DNA from: the human T2T-CHM13v2.0 reference genome, Homo sapiens
NCBI RefSeq assembly: GCF_009914755.1
Contig: NC_060942.1
Length of the DNA: 64,000 bases
Direction: 5' to 3' (one strand)
Of the stretch, positions 50,301 through 64,000 are shown piece after piece; position 1 is the stretch's first letter; each line of letters begins with the position of its first letter. The position numbers were made by a program, and so were the translations under genes. The notes under the pieces are model-generated. The model was not told the origin of the DNA and made no database searches. It saw only the letters and a program-made list of their open reading frames with translations.

Positions 50301-53300
50301 ATACACTCTAATTACCAGACAAATGGTATTCTATTTCTAAGCTTCCTTCCCTGCTTTTGGGTTGTCAGAAGTTGGTCATCTTACTGATATCTTATATAAA
50401 TGGTTAGGAGTTTTGAGGGGAATAAATAGTATTTGAAAGCAACCAGATATAATGAAAATTTAGGGTAACTCTGAGACCATTTGGTGTTCACTAAACATAC
50501 AATTCGCTCAAGATGGCAACTCGCTCTTTTTGCCTTTGGGGAACAGCTCTTTGCAAACAGAGAAATGGGAGGAAAATCTTGAGAGAGGCTAGAAATTCTA
50601 CCAAACTCTCTTCCAAATGAATCTTCAAAGAAAATAATGTGGCTAACCAAAAAGCAACAACCTCCCAAAAAAGCAGAAGGTAATTTTATCTGAATTCAAT
50701 CTGGCTATTTTAGTCCTACATTTTCCAGACAGTCCAAAATTGATTTGAATCCTGTATGTGAGATGAGGGGTGCGGAGTGGTGATAATTTAAAAATATCTT
50801 TGGGTGTCTGTATACAAGGGAGTATCCCTTCAAGTGCACTATATATTATTCTTTGGTATTATTGCCTTATGCCAGAACCTGATTCCCCTAAGACTGCCTA
50901 GTGATCAGCAGTGAGATTTTGTATGGATCACCTCTCATCTGTTTACCTTTTTCATCCGACGTCCGATGGCCATGTACATACACACAAAGCTCCTGGAGCT
51001 GGCTCTTGGAACAGCTGTACTGGCCTCAAGAAATCAACACAAGTCAACTGTATGAGGAAGCACAATAACAGCATCTACGGCTCTTCCTAGGGCACTGAAC
51101 TCTCACCCATGTTAAAAAAAAAAATCACCATCAGTCTCGCTGCTGCCAAGTGACACACAAAAAGGAAGTTAACCATTGGCTGTGACTTGCATTCACAGTC
51201 TGACTCTGATTTCCCTGCTTCCCTTAGCCCATTCTGATGCCAAGCGGACTACAGCTTGCCCATTTCATTTCGACCACGGCAGCCAAAAAAAGCACTGCCC
51301 CACCGTGCGACGACAAGCAGTCTGTTTTGATATTAGTACCTCAGTATGTGATAGAAGAGAGTCAGATGTCCTCAAACTATGTGCCCTCCCCCGAGGGACT
51401 CTCTCCTGGCCCTCCTTGGCCAGAGAGATGGCAAGCGTGCCACAAATCCTTAGCTTTGAAAGCACAGGGGACGGAGAGGCACTATCCGCAGGCTCAGACA
51501 GAAATGGCCATGAGTGCCTCTTCTTCCGGGGAGAGGATTCAGGCCCTCCAATTCCACACTCTAGTCTAACTGGAAATATTAACTCAGATTCTATTCACTC
51601 CCTGCCAGCATACAAAACACAAACTGAATTACATAAGAAAAAGAGTCATTTTCTTATATAATTAAATTGTAGTAAATGCTAGTAAGTAAACATCAGGTTT
51701 CCTTCTTTTTCTTTCATGAAAGACAGAGGAATATATGGGGTTCCCGAAAATTGATTTTTTCATTGATTCTTAGGGAGGAAGATGAGAGTGAAGTATTCTC
51801 CCCCCCACAACAAATTCTGATTTATTTGCTAAATGTACGGAATCTGACTGTAACCTGGTTTAACCTCTGAATGTGCCTTGTAATGTTCTAGTTCTCTCCA
51901 GCACTAACAGATCATGCTTTTTATAATTCCAACGAGGCATCGTCAGGTGAGGACTGCAATTGCTGGGCATTTCAAAAGTCTGAGAGTACCCTGGGCATCT
52001 TTAATTTTTACAGGTGACTCAATTTTTGTTGTGACCAGAACTGAACATAAAGCTTTTAAAAGCTTAAATGTACACATTTATGCATTCATTACACAGTGTT
52101 AAATCTAATTTGTTCTTTTTACTGTCACAGGAAGCACATGTTTAAAGCAATCTGTTTCCTCATGTGAATGCTTTCCTGTCTGTTTAAAAAAAATTGCGAC
52201 ACACTTTACCCTGAGTAACCAAGAGGTGATCATAAATATCCCTAAATAGCATTAAACAGATATGAAAGACATTAACACTTTCAGAATGCCAAAGTAGTAT
52301 TAAAAAAAAATTCTAACAGATGCTCCTAGGTCAAAAAGTGAAATGTGTGTTTCCTGAAAAAACACTCTCATCAGAATCATAAATGAACTGTGAGTGGAGA
52401 AGTGAGGTGTTGCTGAACAAACCAGGATCCTTTTGGTGAGGAACACGGCAATCCACTGCCAACGTGTACTTGCCATAAAAAGCCAAATCGAAATGGAAGT
52501 TTGATGAAAACCAATATCCTTTGTAATCCACAAGGTGGCAATGACTACAAATGAGGGGTGGCTAAATCGGATCTATCGGCTTTCCAGAGAAAAATTATCT
52601 CTGTGAACTGAAGCATCAGTCCCTGTTCAGGGTGTACACGGAAGAAGTTCAGGGCTCATCAGCCAACAGGGACTTTTCCCGAGGAATCTAACTCAGTGCC
52701 TGGTTTTTCTGCAAATTAAAATTGGCTGGGAAAAGACATTCATTGTGGAATGTGGAGACCACGCTTCCGCTCACACCTCCCCCCTCCCTACTTTCAGCAG
52801 ATGTTTTTTTCTTTAAATGCAAGAAGAGTTAACTAAATCAGCCTTTATATATAAAAAAAAGTGTTTTAAGTTTCTCATAGCCGATGATCAAAAATACCTT
52901 TTCTTTTGTGAATTCAACAGGGGCACTGAGAAAAGATACATTATAATGCGTCAAAGGCTACAATCTAGCCATTCTTTGACTTTACCTTAAAACATCTGTA
53001 CAAATATTCCTGCTCAGTGTAAGAAATCTACCTAAGCAGTCCTAAACAAACTGAACTCTGTTTACTTTATAAAAGAAACAGACTGCCACACAGGTCTACC
53101 TAGTCCACACATCTTCATCTTGCCAGGCAAAGCTAATATCTTAGGCCTAACCTTCAGTTTTGCGGGGGGATCTATAGCCAGCCCCACCAAGGGGCTGTGC
53201 ATCACTTGGGCAGACCCGTTCCCGGCCTATTAGAGAATACCACTGACACAAAACAAAAGAAAAAGCACGTATCTCCTTATCACTTAGAGGCAAGGCTGAT

Positions 53301-53482
53301 TTAGGCATAAACAAATTATTGGCCAAGGGAACCACAGTATAAGCAGCTCCGGGCATCACAGCCGATGTACCAGTTCAAAAGAGAGAAGATAAAGTATTTC
53401 CAACACAAACTTTGCAGACCACTAGGTCTAATGATTAAAAGGGCTGACTACGTGTCTTGGTTTGATAGAGATGGGTTTGCAG

Positions 53483-53702
53483 AGCCTGGGAAACACAGGG
53501 AGACCCTGTCTCTACCAAAAAAAAAGAAAAAAATTAGCCAGGTGTGGTGGTTGTGAACCTGTGTACCCAGCTACTCAGGAGCCTGAGGTGGGAGGACCGC
53601 TTGAGCCTGGGAGTTTGAGACTGCAGTGAACTATGATTGCACCACTGTACTCCAACCTAGGTGACAGAGCAAGACCCCATCTCAAAAAAAAAAAAAAAAA
53701 AA
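53483..53702 (+). mobile_element. 5'-truncated Alu (AluJ-like)
   Basis: gagaccctgtctctac...gggaggaccgcttgagcctgggagtttgagactgcagtga, then poly-A. Confidence 0.93.
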
Positions 53703-54273
53703 AGCAATATTACATAATTTCAGAAAAAGCAAGTGACCTCTGTTAGGTAAAATTCTTTTGAACATAGCTGAGACCCTGGTCTTAGTTTCTATTCTACTGC
53801 TAACTACTCCTAAGTAGGCTGCCATGTTAGATTTGTTTCTCAAATGCCAAATGAAAGGTAGTTACCTTGTTACTGATAATAGCATGACAGTGCTTTTTAT
53901 TATGTGTAACAATAGTATGTAACATTCAAGGATATTACATAAATGCATTCAAACCCCAATGAGTACTTATTTTACAAATAACTGTGTAGCTAGGAAGTGA
54001 CATAGCCCCCTAAAAACCCAGTTGATCAGATTTCATACTCTAACCACTATATTATACTGTCTTTGTTTACACAGATGCTCCCCTGGACTGCCTGGCATAC
54101 TGATTTGCTTGGGCAAAAGTTATAGGACATGACTATACAGAGATACTGATGATCACTCTACAGTGAAATGAAATTTCTGAATATTAATTTATTGTAGATA
54201 GTCAAATACTTGCTAACTTAATGACAACCTTGCTGTAGAGAGCTTTTTGGTCTACAGAGTGTCTGAAACGCTA

Positions 54274-54720
54274 GGCAGCATAGACAGCACTATGGTTAAG
54301 AACACAGAAACTTTAGAGACAGGCTGCCCAGGTCTCACTCCCAGCTCTGCCACTTACTATGTGTGACCGCAGACATGTTTCTTCACCTCTCTGTGTCTCA
54401 TTTTTAAGTCTCTTGAATAAACAGTAGTACCCATCTCACAGGATTTTTATAGGAATAAATGATTCAATAGATGCAAATGATGTAATAGTGTACCACTTAG
54501 AACATGGAATAAGTACTCTGGCATGGAATAAGTACTTTGATAAAGGTTTGTTATCAGTATATTGACACCACCTTATTATGCAGGCACTATTTTATACCTG
54601 CTTTGTAGACAGAGAAGCAGGTTTGTGACCTAACCAAGGCCACTGGGTGTGTAAGTAGAGGCTGTCAGACGTTATACTTGAAAGGTCTTTTTATGTCTAG
54701 TGCAGTGTTTTTTCTACCTT
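54274..54720. mobile_element. MIR (plus, ~54274-54555) followed by an inverted MIR fragment
   Basis: tatggttaagaacacaga...cccagctctgccacttactatgtgtgacc...cacctctctgtgtctcatttt; includes a local catggaataagtact duplication. Confidence 0.8.
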
Positions 54721-56934
54721 GCTACACCACTTTTACTACTATATTCATTCACTGGAAATATATTTCAGAGTAATACGCATAAGTAAAGCAGTGAGTCTGG
54801 TTTCTATAGGACAAAAAAAAATGTATCTAAAACATATCCCTCACTCTCGTAAAGGTGGTGACAAGTGAGTAAGGGCAATCAGCTTAAGGGACAAAAGTCC
54901 ATGTGTTACACTTTGTGGGTTATTTTATTTTTCAAATGCATGACTTTCTCAAAAGGCTACACGGTATACTCTTTAAAATGCTAAGGTTATTCCTACAAAT
55001 TGTGACGCAAGTGACACAAGACTGCAAATTTCATTAAACGTGAAGAATCTCAGTTGAAAAGCTCCACGATTTAAATAAGAATACATAGAAGAAAAAGACA
55101 TGTTCCATGTTACATGGTGTGTCTAGTTTTTAGCTGCAATGAAAAATACTCTTTGAATAAGTATAAACGGAGAAAGGAATGAATGAATAAATGAACATGC
55201 TTTTTTCCCCTTCTACCTGGGCACTCCCAGCTTGTTACTGTCGGGTTTCACTTACATCAATATTGGGTGAAGTTACTGATATATTTACTAAAGGGAAAAT
55301 GAAATAGCATTTATTTGTAAAATAATTACTGACTGCAGTTTGAATTTTGTAATCCCAACTGTATCTGTTAATAATAAATATTTTTAATTCCATTTTCTTT
55401 GCTGTTATCAATTAAGCCACAGATTATATGTGCCAATGTCTTATACACCTCTAAAAATAAAATTCATATTAAGATACATGAGGGACCCCAAGGTTCTGGC
55501 AATGCAATTTCACTCCTGAATCATATGCCTGAGTATTAAATGGCAGAATTTCGAATTTATTTTATGTAACAATACTTTCAAATAGTACAATAGATACAGA
55601 ACTGTGCTTTTCTACTTGACCAAATCGTTTAAAAAATTTAAACTAACTCAACAAGTCTAAATAATCAGGCCATAAACATTCTCCTAATAAATTTCAGCTT
55701 TAGTAGTAACGCAAAATGAGCTAAACACTGCTGCCTCCTTAGACAATTTTTTTCTTATCCTTTAACGTCTTGAGTTATTAAACTTTCTTAAGCTAGAGCT
55801 CCAGTTTTTATACTCCACTTGTTATTAAATTATTTTGTACTTCAAGTTCGTTTCATAAAAAGCAAGCCAGAAAATATTATTGTACTGTGTTAATGTACCT
55901 GAGCACCTGTGAAACAACCCAATTCTCCAAACAGGGTTACTTGAAAACATTAATGCTAAGAATCTGCCACCTACTTGAAACTGCTTTCTCATAGCAGCTA
56001 ATGATATAATGATATACTGTGCCAATCGGTAGAATGAAAGACATTACAATATTATTATAAGCGTAATTCAGGAGGCATATTTAGAATGATATGGGCCATG
56101 GAGGGAGGAGGCTCCTGTAGACACTTAGGTATTCTTTCTCAGATGCCATCAAAATAATTGTTCCAAAGTAGCATTTTCCTAAAATCCCTAATGGTAACAG
56201 TGACACTTTTTGTATGTGTATGTGACGAATGACACCAGTTTTCATGATTAAATGTACTTGCAAAGGTCATTTTTATGAGAAAATATAAGTCTTTCTAATA
56301 TGGCTCCATGTTTCACAAAGGAAATGCCCTTTAATCACTGCCAACATATGGCAACACACTGAGAAATTTTCTTTACAGTTTGCTATGAAGAGAGCTTCAC
56401 TACGAAATGTTCCTATTTCCTGCTCTACGGAATAATCAAAATAAATTTAGTGAAATTTAACACACACACAGTTCCTCTTCTTATTACTCTGGAAGTAAGC
56501 ACTTATATATCAAGTTTCATCCCTAGTGGCTTATTTATGATTAATTCCTCAGATGACAAAGTCAGACAAGAGACAAGAGTGGGTGTCACTAAACCACTTA
56601 AGTAGAATTCTTAAAATGTTCCTTTCAAAATACAACTTGCACATTCTTTCAGAAGTGAAATCTATCCATCTCACCAAATCATAAAGCATCTTTATTTTCA
56701 ACCCTGAAATTTTACAAAATGCAGAAACTTCTGCACTACCTTAACTTCTCTGAAGAGGGAGTATATGCTCAAGTAAAGCATCAAACTCCTCAAATAGCTC
56801 TACACCTATGCAGCAGCTGCAACTTAAAAAAGAATCACTCACATGCTGCTGTTTCCAGATAAAATAATTAAGTATTTAAAACTATAAGTTTTGCACCACA
56901 TTGTATAAAAGCTCCTATTCCTTTAAAAGAAGCA

Positions 56935-56978
56935 CACTCATACACATGGGTGCACACACACACGCGTGCACACACACA
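56935..56978. repeat. Alternating purine-pyrimidine (CA/GC) tract
   Basis: gtgcacacacacacgcgtgcacacacac. Confidence 0.8.
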
Positions 56979-59900
56979 TCCGGGGATAGTAGAAATTGAT
57001 CAAGGCTGAAAATCCTGTGCTATTGCTTTGAGGTGCAATTTTATGTTCAGTTTAATAATCCAGTGCAGTTATGTAAAAAATCAAACAAAAGCCAAGACAA
57101 AGCAAGTGTCTGTCAACAGCCTGACAAGTATGGATTCTGCCTTAAGAAAATACAACTTTGACAATTCTTGAAGAGACTCCTTATTCTTTTAGGATTACTG
57201 CCACATCTTCTAAGAGAATCTTATTTAGCCCTCCAATTCCTGATTCATTACTTTCAATGAAAACCTTTAGAATTATTCAAAACCAAGAAAACATAGAAAA
57301 TGCAGAAATTGTCAGTGATCTGGAAAAAAGGAGAACATTTTGCTATGTTAGCAAATAAAACTATTTCAATCAATTAAATTTTAAAAGTTAAAAAATGGTA
57401 TTCAATCAAATTATCAAGGCATTTATCTACATTATTTCGTAAATATAAATTCACAGTTAAGCTGGATGCCATAGAAAAAGGTTTTATTTTCAAAATACAT
57501 GCAAGCCCTGTTATAATTCTCTCTGGGTAAAGCAGCCCTGCAGTGGTTTCCTACACTTCTCAGTAATTTAAACCACTCTCGAGTCCAAAACTTCACACCA
57601 AAATATACTCTTCAGTGAAAATGATAAAGTTCAAAATAGCAGTTCCCAGAAATGTATTTCTCTTTTCTCAACAAGTCCAGTTTTACACTAAATGCTATTA
57701 TTGTTTATGTTAGCAGCTGCTAACATCTTAACGAAAGTCCTGATAAATCTTAGCATGCAAAATACTATTTTGAATACTTGATTAAAAATAAAAACACATT
57801 GGAGAGTAGGAAGATACATCAGGCACCACTCCTTAGAAGAGATCACTGAGTAGAAAAATGGGGTGCTGCTGGCCAGGAAGGCTTCTTTCTGGGGGAAGGA
57901 ATGAACTGGTGGTGTTTTGTTTGAGTGTTTGGGGCATACAACCTTTTTGTTTGTAAAGATAAAGCAGGAATAGCTCAAAAATACACAAACCTTTCATCCA
58001 CAGTTAACCTTCATGCTTGTCTTTTCCTTTATATTTCTTCTCTCTTTCTATCTAAAATATGCACACCAGAAGCCTTCTTTCTTAAAGGGTGCAGGATTGG
58101 GCTTCAAGGCAGAGAAGAGGAGGATAGTGGATGAAGGAGCTCATTATTCCAAAATTCCAAACAAAAATTCAGAAATCCTTGAGCAAACTTCTGGGATATT
58201 AGAATGCCTAATAGTATGTATGTTGAGTATGTGCAAGCCTCTTGTGTGCTTTCTGAAAAATTTTTAATGGAACAAAAGCCTCCAATCAAAACAAATATAA
58301 AGATTCTCCTATATTTTTTCATATATCAGCAATTCATAAAAATCATAAACTCTATAGTCTCAATGTGTAATAGAGAAGATAAGATTGGTTTTCACAAAAA
58401 AAAAAAAACGCACATGCTGAACTAGAAGTCTGGTTTAGCAAATTCAGCATTAACTGCACACACACAAAAATACTTTCTCTGTCATGAATATTTTCTCAGC
58501 TTTCACTGTTCCCCATTGTCATGTTATATATGCCGTGTAAATTGTGTGAATAGTTTTGTCCTATTTGAGATGACTTAATTGTGCCACTCTTAACCTCCTT
58601 CTTGCCTAAACATTAATAAGCACAATTTTAATATCCAAACCTCATATTCCAATATCTTTAATTAGAAAATGGGCACACTAAGTTTAAAAGTGAATACTGA
58701 GAGCTATCTTAATATTTTAAACACTTAACAATTATACTTCTTCACAAAGTATCTATCCCTGCAGGGATGAACCTTGAAGAGTTTCCTCCTTTTACGTCTT
58801 ACCACACAATCGGCTACTTCCAGACTTTCCTAAAAAGGATAGAGCCCAGATGGCTGATATTTCGTTCACTTGTGATCGATATCATATTTCAATAAAACTT
58901 TCATCTTAAAGAAAATTGTATTATTACTTGTTAAAATTTGTTGACATGAAAAAGCATCGTTCTGATTTCCCTATGATCAATTTCAAAAGTGATGTAGGAA
59001 ATTATATATTTCTGAGTTCAGTACTGATTTTTTAAATCATACATAATTTCCAGCCCACTAATAAGGAAAAAACAGTTTACCAATATCTCTTTTAAATTGT
59101 TTGTGATTTCTTCAAGCACCTGGGATAAAAGGGGTTTTCCCTAAATAGCTCAAGATATGGATTCAACATCATGTTTGAAATCTTCAAATAGGAAAGTTTT
59201 TATATAACACAAAATACATAGGACATTTAAGGCCATTAGCATTACTCATTTTTCTTGATACCCCTAATAATTGCTTCTGTAAAGGAAACTCTAATCCATA
59301 CTTAAATATTTCATTTTATTTAAGAATTCTTTCCTTATGAAAATTGGTGAACCTAATATCTAATACACATTGTTTTTATTTTTCAAACCTACCTACTGAT
59401 TAACTAATGTCACAAATATTCTTGAAGCGTCCAAACCTTATTTTAGAATCTTTATAGTAGTAGAAATTGTTTATCTTGGGATCCATGTGTCCCAAATTAT
59501 CTCTGACCACTTAAAGTTTGCCAGGTCCTCCTGAGTTTTAAAACAAAACAGACACACAAAACCCCTCTGTACTTTAACGTAGAAAAAAGACTTTACTGAG
59601 AAGTACAGCTTTAGGAAAGATCACTGGAGATGAGAGGTCATAAACTATTTCTAAGGATAAAATATCCTATTTCCAGAAAAATCTGATGTTCAAGAGATTC
59701 CAACTGGGGTCATGGTGAGACCATCATTAAAGATGCAAATCGGATTACAAGTGGAGACAAATTCCACCAAAGTCTGAAGTAGAAAGTTTGTAGTTGTTAA
59801 CAGTTTCTGATAAAACGTATATAATTTTGAAATATTTCAAATTCTAAGATAAAAGTTTTACATGTTTACATGTTGATGGGCAGAATAAAGTTTCCAAAAG

Positions 59901-62900
59901 ATAATGCCTTTGCTTTGTTTCTGTGTTTGATGAAAGTATCTTAAAACAGCACAATATAAAATTTTTTGCTACTTTCTAGATTTTAGTACTTTCATGTTAA
60001 TTTCTGTTAAGAATCATAAATCATTTTTTTCCAACTTTAATTTACTATAGTACATTTTTCTGTGTATGAATTCATGATTCAATGTGTATGATTATTAGGT
60101 TATATAAAACAAATTTGTTGAAATGAGCAGTAAAGTTGCAAAATATTGAGTTTAAGATGAAATATGGTTTGAAATGGAAAACCAAAATGTAGAAATCTAG
60201 CAAAACAAGATGTTCTCATGTAGATTCAAGAGCTTAGACATGCAAAATAAATTCTGACATCAACAAAAGACAACACTTTATTACTAAGGTCTTCGCAAAA
60301 AACGAGGGCTACGAGAAATTGGGACGTGACTAAAAAGAGCAACATACTAAAATACGAACCGAGAAGATAAAAATGTACTGCAGTAATAAGCAGAGCTCTC
60401 GTGGGCAATTAGATAGCTGTCTTTCACACAGGCTTTCCTTTAAAAAAAAAATCACCTTAGCAAGTACTGGTCTATGTGCACTAGAGGGACAGGCTTCCCC
60501 CCGACACGCTGTGCTTGTCCTGTAGACCCTGCCTGGTGGGTCTTCTGTTATCCCACCATCGTGTCATACTTCCACAGTGACGTGAGGTCTCTAGGTGCAG
60601 CACACAGTACAAACACACATTCGTGGATCCTGCCAGATCCATGGCATGATGTCTGGCCAGGCCTACGTTTTCTCTCTCCCACAGATGCTGCAGTGTTTTC
60701 AAAACAGGGCTAGGCAATCCCCTCTCTCTCCTGATTGCCTGGGAGGAAGACCCAGCCTAATGGCGGCAGAAGTCCAGTCTCTGTACCACAGGCGTGTCAC
60801 AAATAATACCTGATGATGCAGTGTCACCGTTTAAGTTTTCTTCCTTTTATTATAAGGGAAAGAGAGGGCCCACTTCAAAATGGGGGGTAAAGTGAGTTGC
60901 CACAACAGATTGTGACAGATTTATTACTATTTGTCATGGTAAATATGTATCAAAGAAAACATATAAGTGTCTTATGTAGTCATAATCACTCCAAAGGAAA
61001 CCTTTTATTATCTCCAATCTTTTAGTATCTGTTATACAAATACTCATACATACTGAAACAATTTAAGAAGTATCTCTTATCAAATAGTCATAATTTTATT
61101 TGAGCTTTAAAAAAAGCATGGCAGAGGTCTAAAAATATAGAAATACAGATCTGCTACTAGAAAAGTGTGACCATGTCTACTGCAGACCTTTTTTGGAATC
61201 AAGTTAAAATAAATATTTTGTGTGGTGGTAAGCCATGTGGATCTTGTTGTAAGTAATAAGCAATTGATATTTACAACAAAGCTTACATAAACTAAGTTAA
61301 ATTGCTATGAAAATAGAGCTGGGATTTTTTTAGGTAATGAGTAAATGGATGATTAAATTATAAAATTACCTAAACTTGTTCTTCTTGCTCAAAAAATTGC
61401 AATAAAAATTTCATTTTGAATTGTATTTTCTTCCTCCTTATATTTCAGAAAAAAGGCTATTCATCAAAATGTTTCATAAGGACCATGAAAACATTTAGTC
61501 AAGATAAATCTTCTAAGAAGAGTAAATCCTAAACTGACCACTAAAAACAGAAAATTAAATAGAATAAAACTAAATTCCTAATTCCCAAGTTTTGTTTATT
61601 GGGAAAGAAAGGAAAATTATTTTTATATTTCTGAATGTATCACGACATAGCAGCAACACCTAAATTGTCTTAACAGCAAAGAAAACACTGTACCAGTAAA
61701 ATTTTCTAAAGGGGCCAGTTAGCTATAGGGAAATACTTAAACATTTACAACGAATTATGAAAATTGTTGTTGACAGTGATTAAGCAGATACATACCATCC
61801 AATGCCACACCAATGCACTCCTTAGAAATTGTCTAGATTTCTGCCTAATCTTAGCATTGGATAAAACAAGTTAATTTGAATATGAAGCATAAGGAGGGTA
61901 TGATAGCTTTAAGTTTTTTATGGCTTTTATAGGACAGTTATTCCATTGTTTCAGAACATTCAAAGGTCCACCAAATGCATTTAATATTGTCCATATTAAG
62001 TTCAGGCATGTTTAAAATGTAAACAGCTGTTAGGACTGTATCATTTGAAGTTGTCATAAAACCTATTAAAAGCTAAAGTTTCATCAACATTAAATCCACC
62101 CCTAACTTCAAGCTTAAAATATGCTTATAAAATCCTTTGGGCATATTAGTCAATTTCAATACAACACAGAAATTCAAACAATAAACAACTGAGTACAATT
62201 TTAAGTGACTTATTGCTAGTTGAAAGTGACTATACACCATTGGCAATCTTATTTACACAATATTTTTCTATATTTATGAATAATTTTGTGATGCTTCTTC
62301 AACATCACCAACTCTATGATAATCAGCATACAAAATTTACTCTTTTTCCTGATAAGACTTATTCTGATATATTCATTTAATAATTGTTTGGATGAGCTGA
62401 ACTGAAATCAAGTCAAATACACAGGTGTTTGGGTTAATCTAATCTTAGCACATTTGCAAGACCTATTATTCTTCTAATACATTAAAAATGAAATGAAACT
62501 AATATGCAAGCATTGATTGGTAATATACTTTAAGAAATCTAAATATGATTTTATATTAAAGTATAAAAACAATAAGTCTCAGCATTCTTTTCAAAGAATA
62601 CTAGTACTCTACAGAATTAAATCAAAACTTTATATCACAGCAAGGAAGAATGAAAAAAAGGAGGAAGGATAAAGAAACAAAGAAAGAAGAGAGGAAACTA
62701 TGTTTTCATTTTATATGAGGAGAAAATTACTAGAAATGGACTAGTCCTAAATAAAATTAAATACAATTATCTAGGAACGTAAGAATTCAAAATATGATAT
62801 CATGTATTGAGTTGTGATCACAACCAACTTTTGCTGTACTAGGGACCTGGGGGTGGGTGGGGGATATCAGCAACTTCTGCATAGAGCTCCAGCTGTTAAA

Positions 62901-63458
62901 AAGACCCAGAATGCTCTTGGTTACAGCTGACTACTTCTAGTTGTCACCTGGTAGTAAAGACACAAATGGCTACTGATGCAGCTACCTTTGCAGCCTTTAT
63001 TCAGCAACCTCTCCAGAAAATAGAGACATTCTTCCTGCACTCTGGGCTGAAACCCATGTAAATTTTTCCTAAATCCTCTCCACAAATCTCCTTTCGCATG
63101 CAAATCCATAAATCATCATAATACTGACAAAGAATTTAACCAACACATGAAACTAATACTCATTCTCTTGCAAGCCCTGTACAGGTAAAACTCCTCAAAC
63201 TTCAGGCACCTTTTCAAGGCTCTCTTTAGAGCTTAACCTGCTGAATATCAACATAACCACCCAGTCTTCCAGGATGTGCAATTAATCACTCCAATGTGGG
63301 TCAGGTGGCTGGATGTGCAGGTCATTTCTACCTCATCCACCTTCTAGATAAACGTGCTGCTCTGGGCGCATGGAAACTCATTTACTTCTATCTCCTTCCC
63401 ATCAATACAAAACAGAACAAAATAAGCAATATACAAAGCAGAAACAAGCAGTACTTAC

Positions 63459-63508
63459 TGAAGATGGCAAACCTGGAGGAACTTTTCGAACTTTCTTTGT
63501 CTGTACCT
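63459..63508 (-). CDS. TCF4: TCF4 exon 9 (50 nt), (E)[16 protein letters not shown], basic NLS-containing segment
   Basis: attttctttcag|AGGTACAGACAAAGAAAGTTCGAAAAGTTCCTCCAGGTTTGCCATCTTCA|gtaagt. [13 protein letters not shown] is the conserved E-protein (TCF3/4/12) motif; ends in phase 0; 465-nt intron to exon 8. Confidence 0.97.
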
Positions 63509-63973
63509 CTGAAAGAAAATGAAGATGCTTTCAGCTCCCAAATGCCCATTTTCCTAACTAAGATAGGTTAAACCACAAAGACTTCTAGATGATACCACAT
63601 TTCCTTAAATCATTACCTTAGCAAACTGTAGTTACCACGATCACATTCGATTCTAGCAGAAATCAAATTCTGCTTTGTTCATAAAAATGAAGATATTTAA
63701 CTTTTTGCTACTTTGATCTTTTAATAGCTTCCTTATGGGTGCAGCTAAGAGAAAACTAGACATAAGCAGACACCAAAAAAGTTCTGCTACCATAAGCTGT
63801 TAACGTACCTACTCAGTGTACTAGGGGGGAAGTCTCCAGGCTGACAACTGAGCCAAATTTTATGGTTTTCTTGGGGTGGGAGGTAGGATGGGGGGGCGAT
63901 ATTTTAAAGAAAGAAAGAAAAAAAGAAAAAGGCATAATCATCCCTCAGGCATTCAAACAAAGGAATACCTTAC

Positions 63974-64000
63974 CCATGGCACTACTGTGAAGAGGCCTCC
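63974..64000 (-). CDS. TCF4: TCF4 exon 8, 3' end (continues beyond window); encodes ..RRPLHSSAM plus the first base of the Glu codon
   Basis: Reverse complement reads GGAGGCCTCTTCACAGTAGTGCCATGG|gtaagg. Peptide matches the recalled TCF4 sequence; canonical donor; the phase-1 end joins the AG that opens exon 9 to give GAG (E). Confidence 0.96.

Noticed and set aside
51176-51661. 161-aa plus-strand ORF
   Set aside because: Non-ATG start, antisense to TCF4, no recognisable domain or retrocopy hallmarks.

Overview
Human (primate) genomic DNA, AT-rich and repeat-poor, lying inside the TCF4 gene (transcription factor 4, E2-2/ITF2, class I bHLH, chr18q21.2), which is transcribed on the minus strand. 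The window holds the 3' end of exon 8 and all of exon 9 (Sepp et al. numbering; NLS region [26 protein letters not shown]). It also holds most of the long intron towards exon 10, which lies beyond position 1. Two internal alternative first coding exons sit in that intron: 10a (TCF4-A, MYCAYTIPGMGGNSLMYYYNGKA, in a CpG-rich promoter) and 10b (TCF4-H, MKFKQCRCSDTGLCCLDHEGKAE). The rest is intron with Alu, MIR, L1, L2 and MER elements and microsatellites. Gene identity and exon names come from my recall of TCF4 isoform sequences, not from a database search, and repeat boundaries are by eye. I see no new multi-gene system. The best leads are splicing and regulatory: a candidate TDP-43-type cryptic microexon, a candidate poison exon, a possible recursive splice site, 5'UTR introns and uORFs of TCF4-A, and palindromic E-box, CRE, GATA and POU elements.
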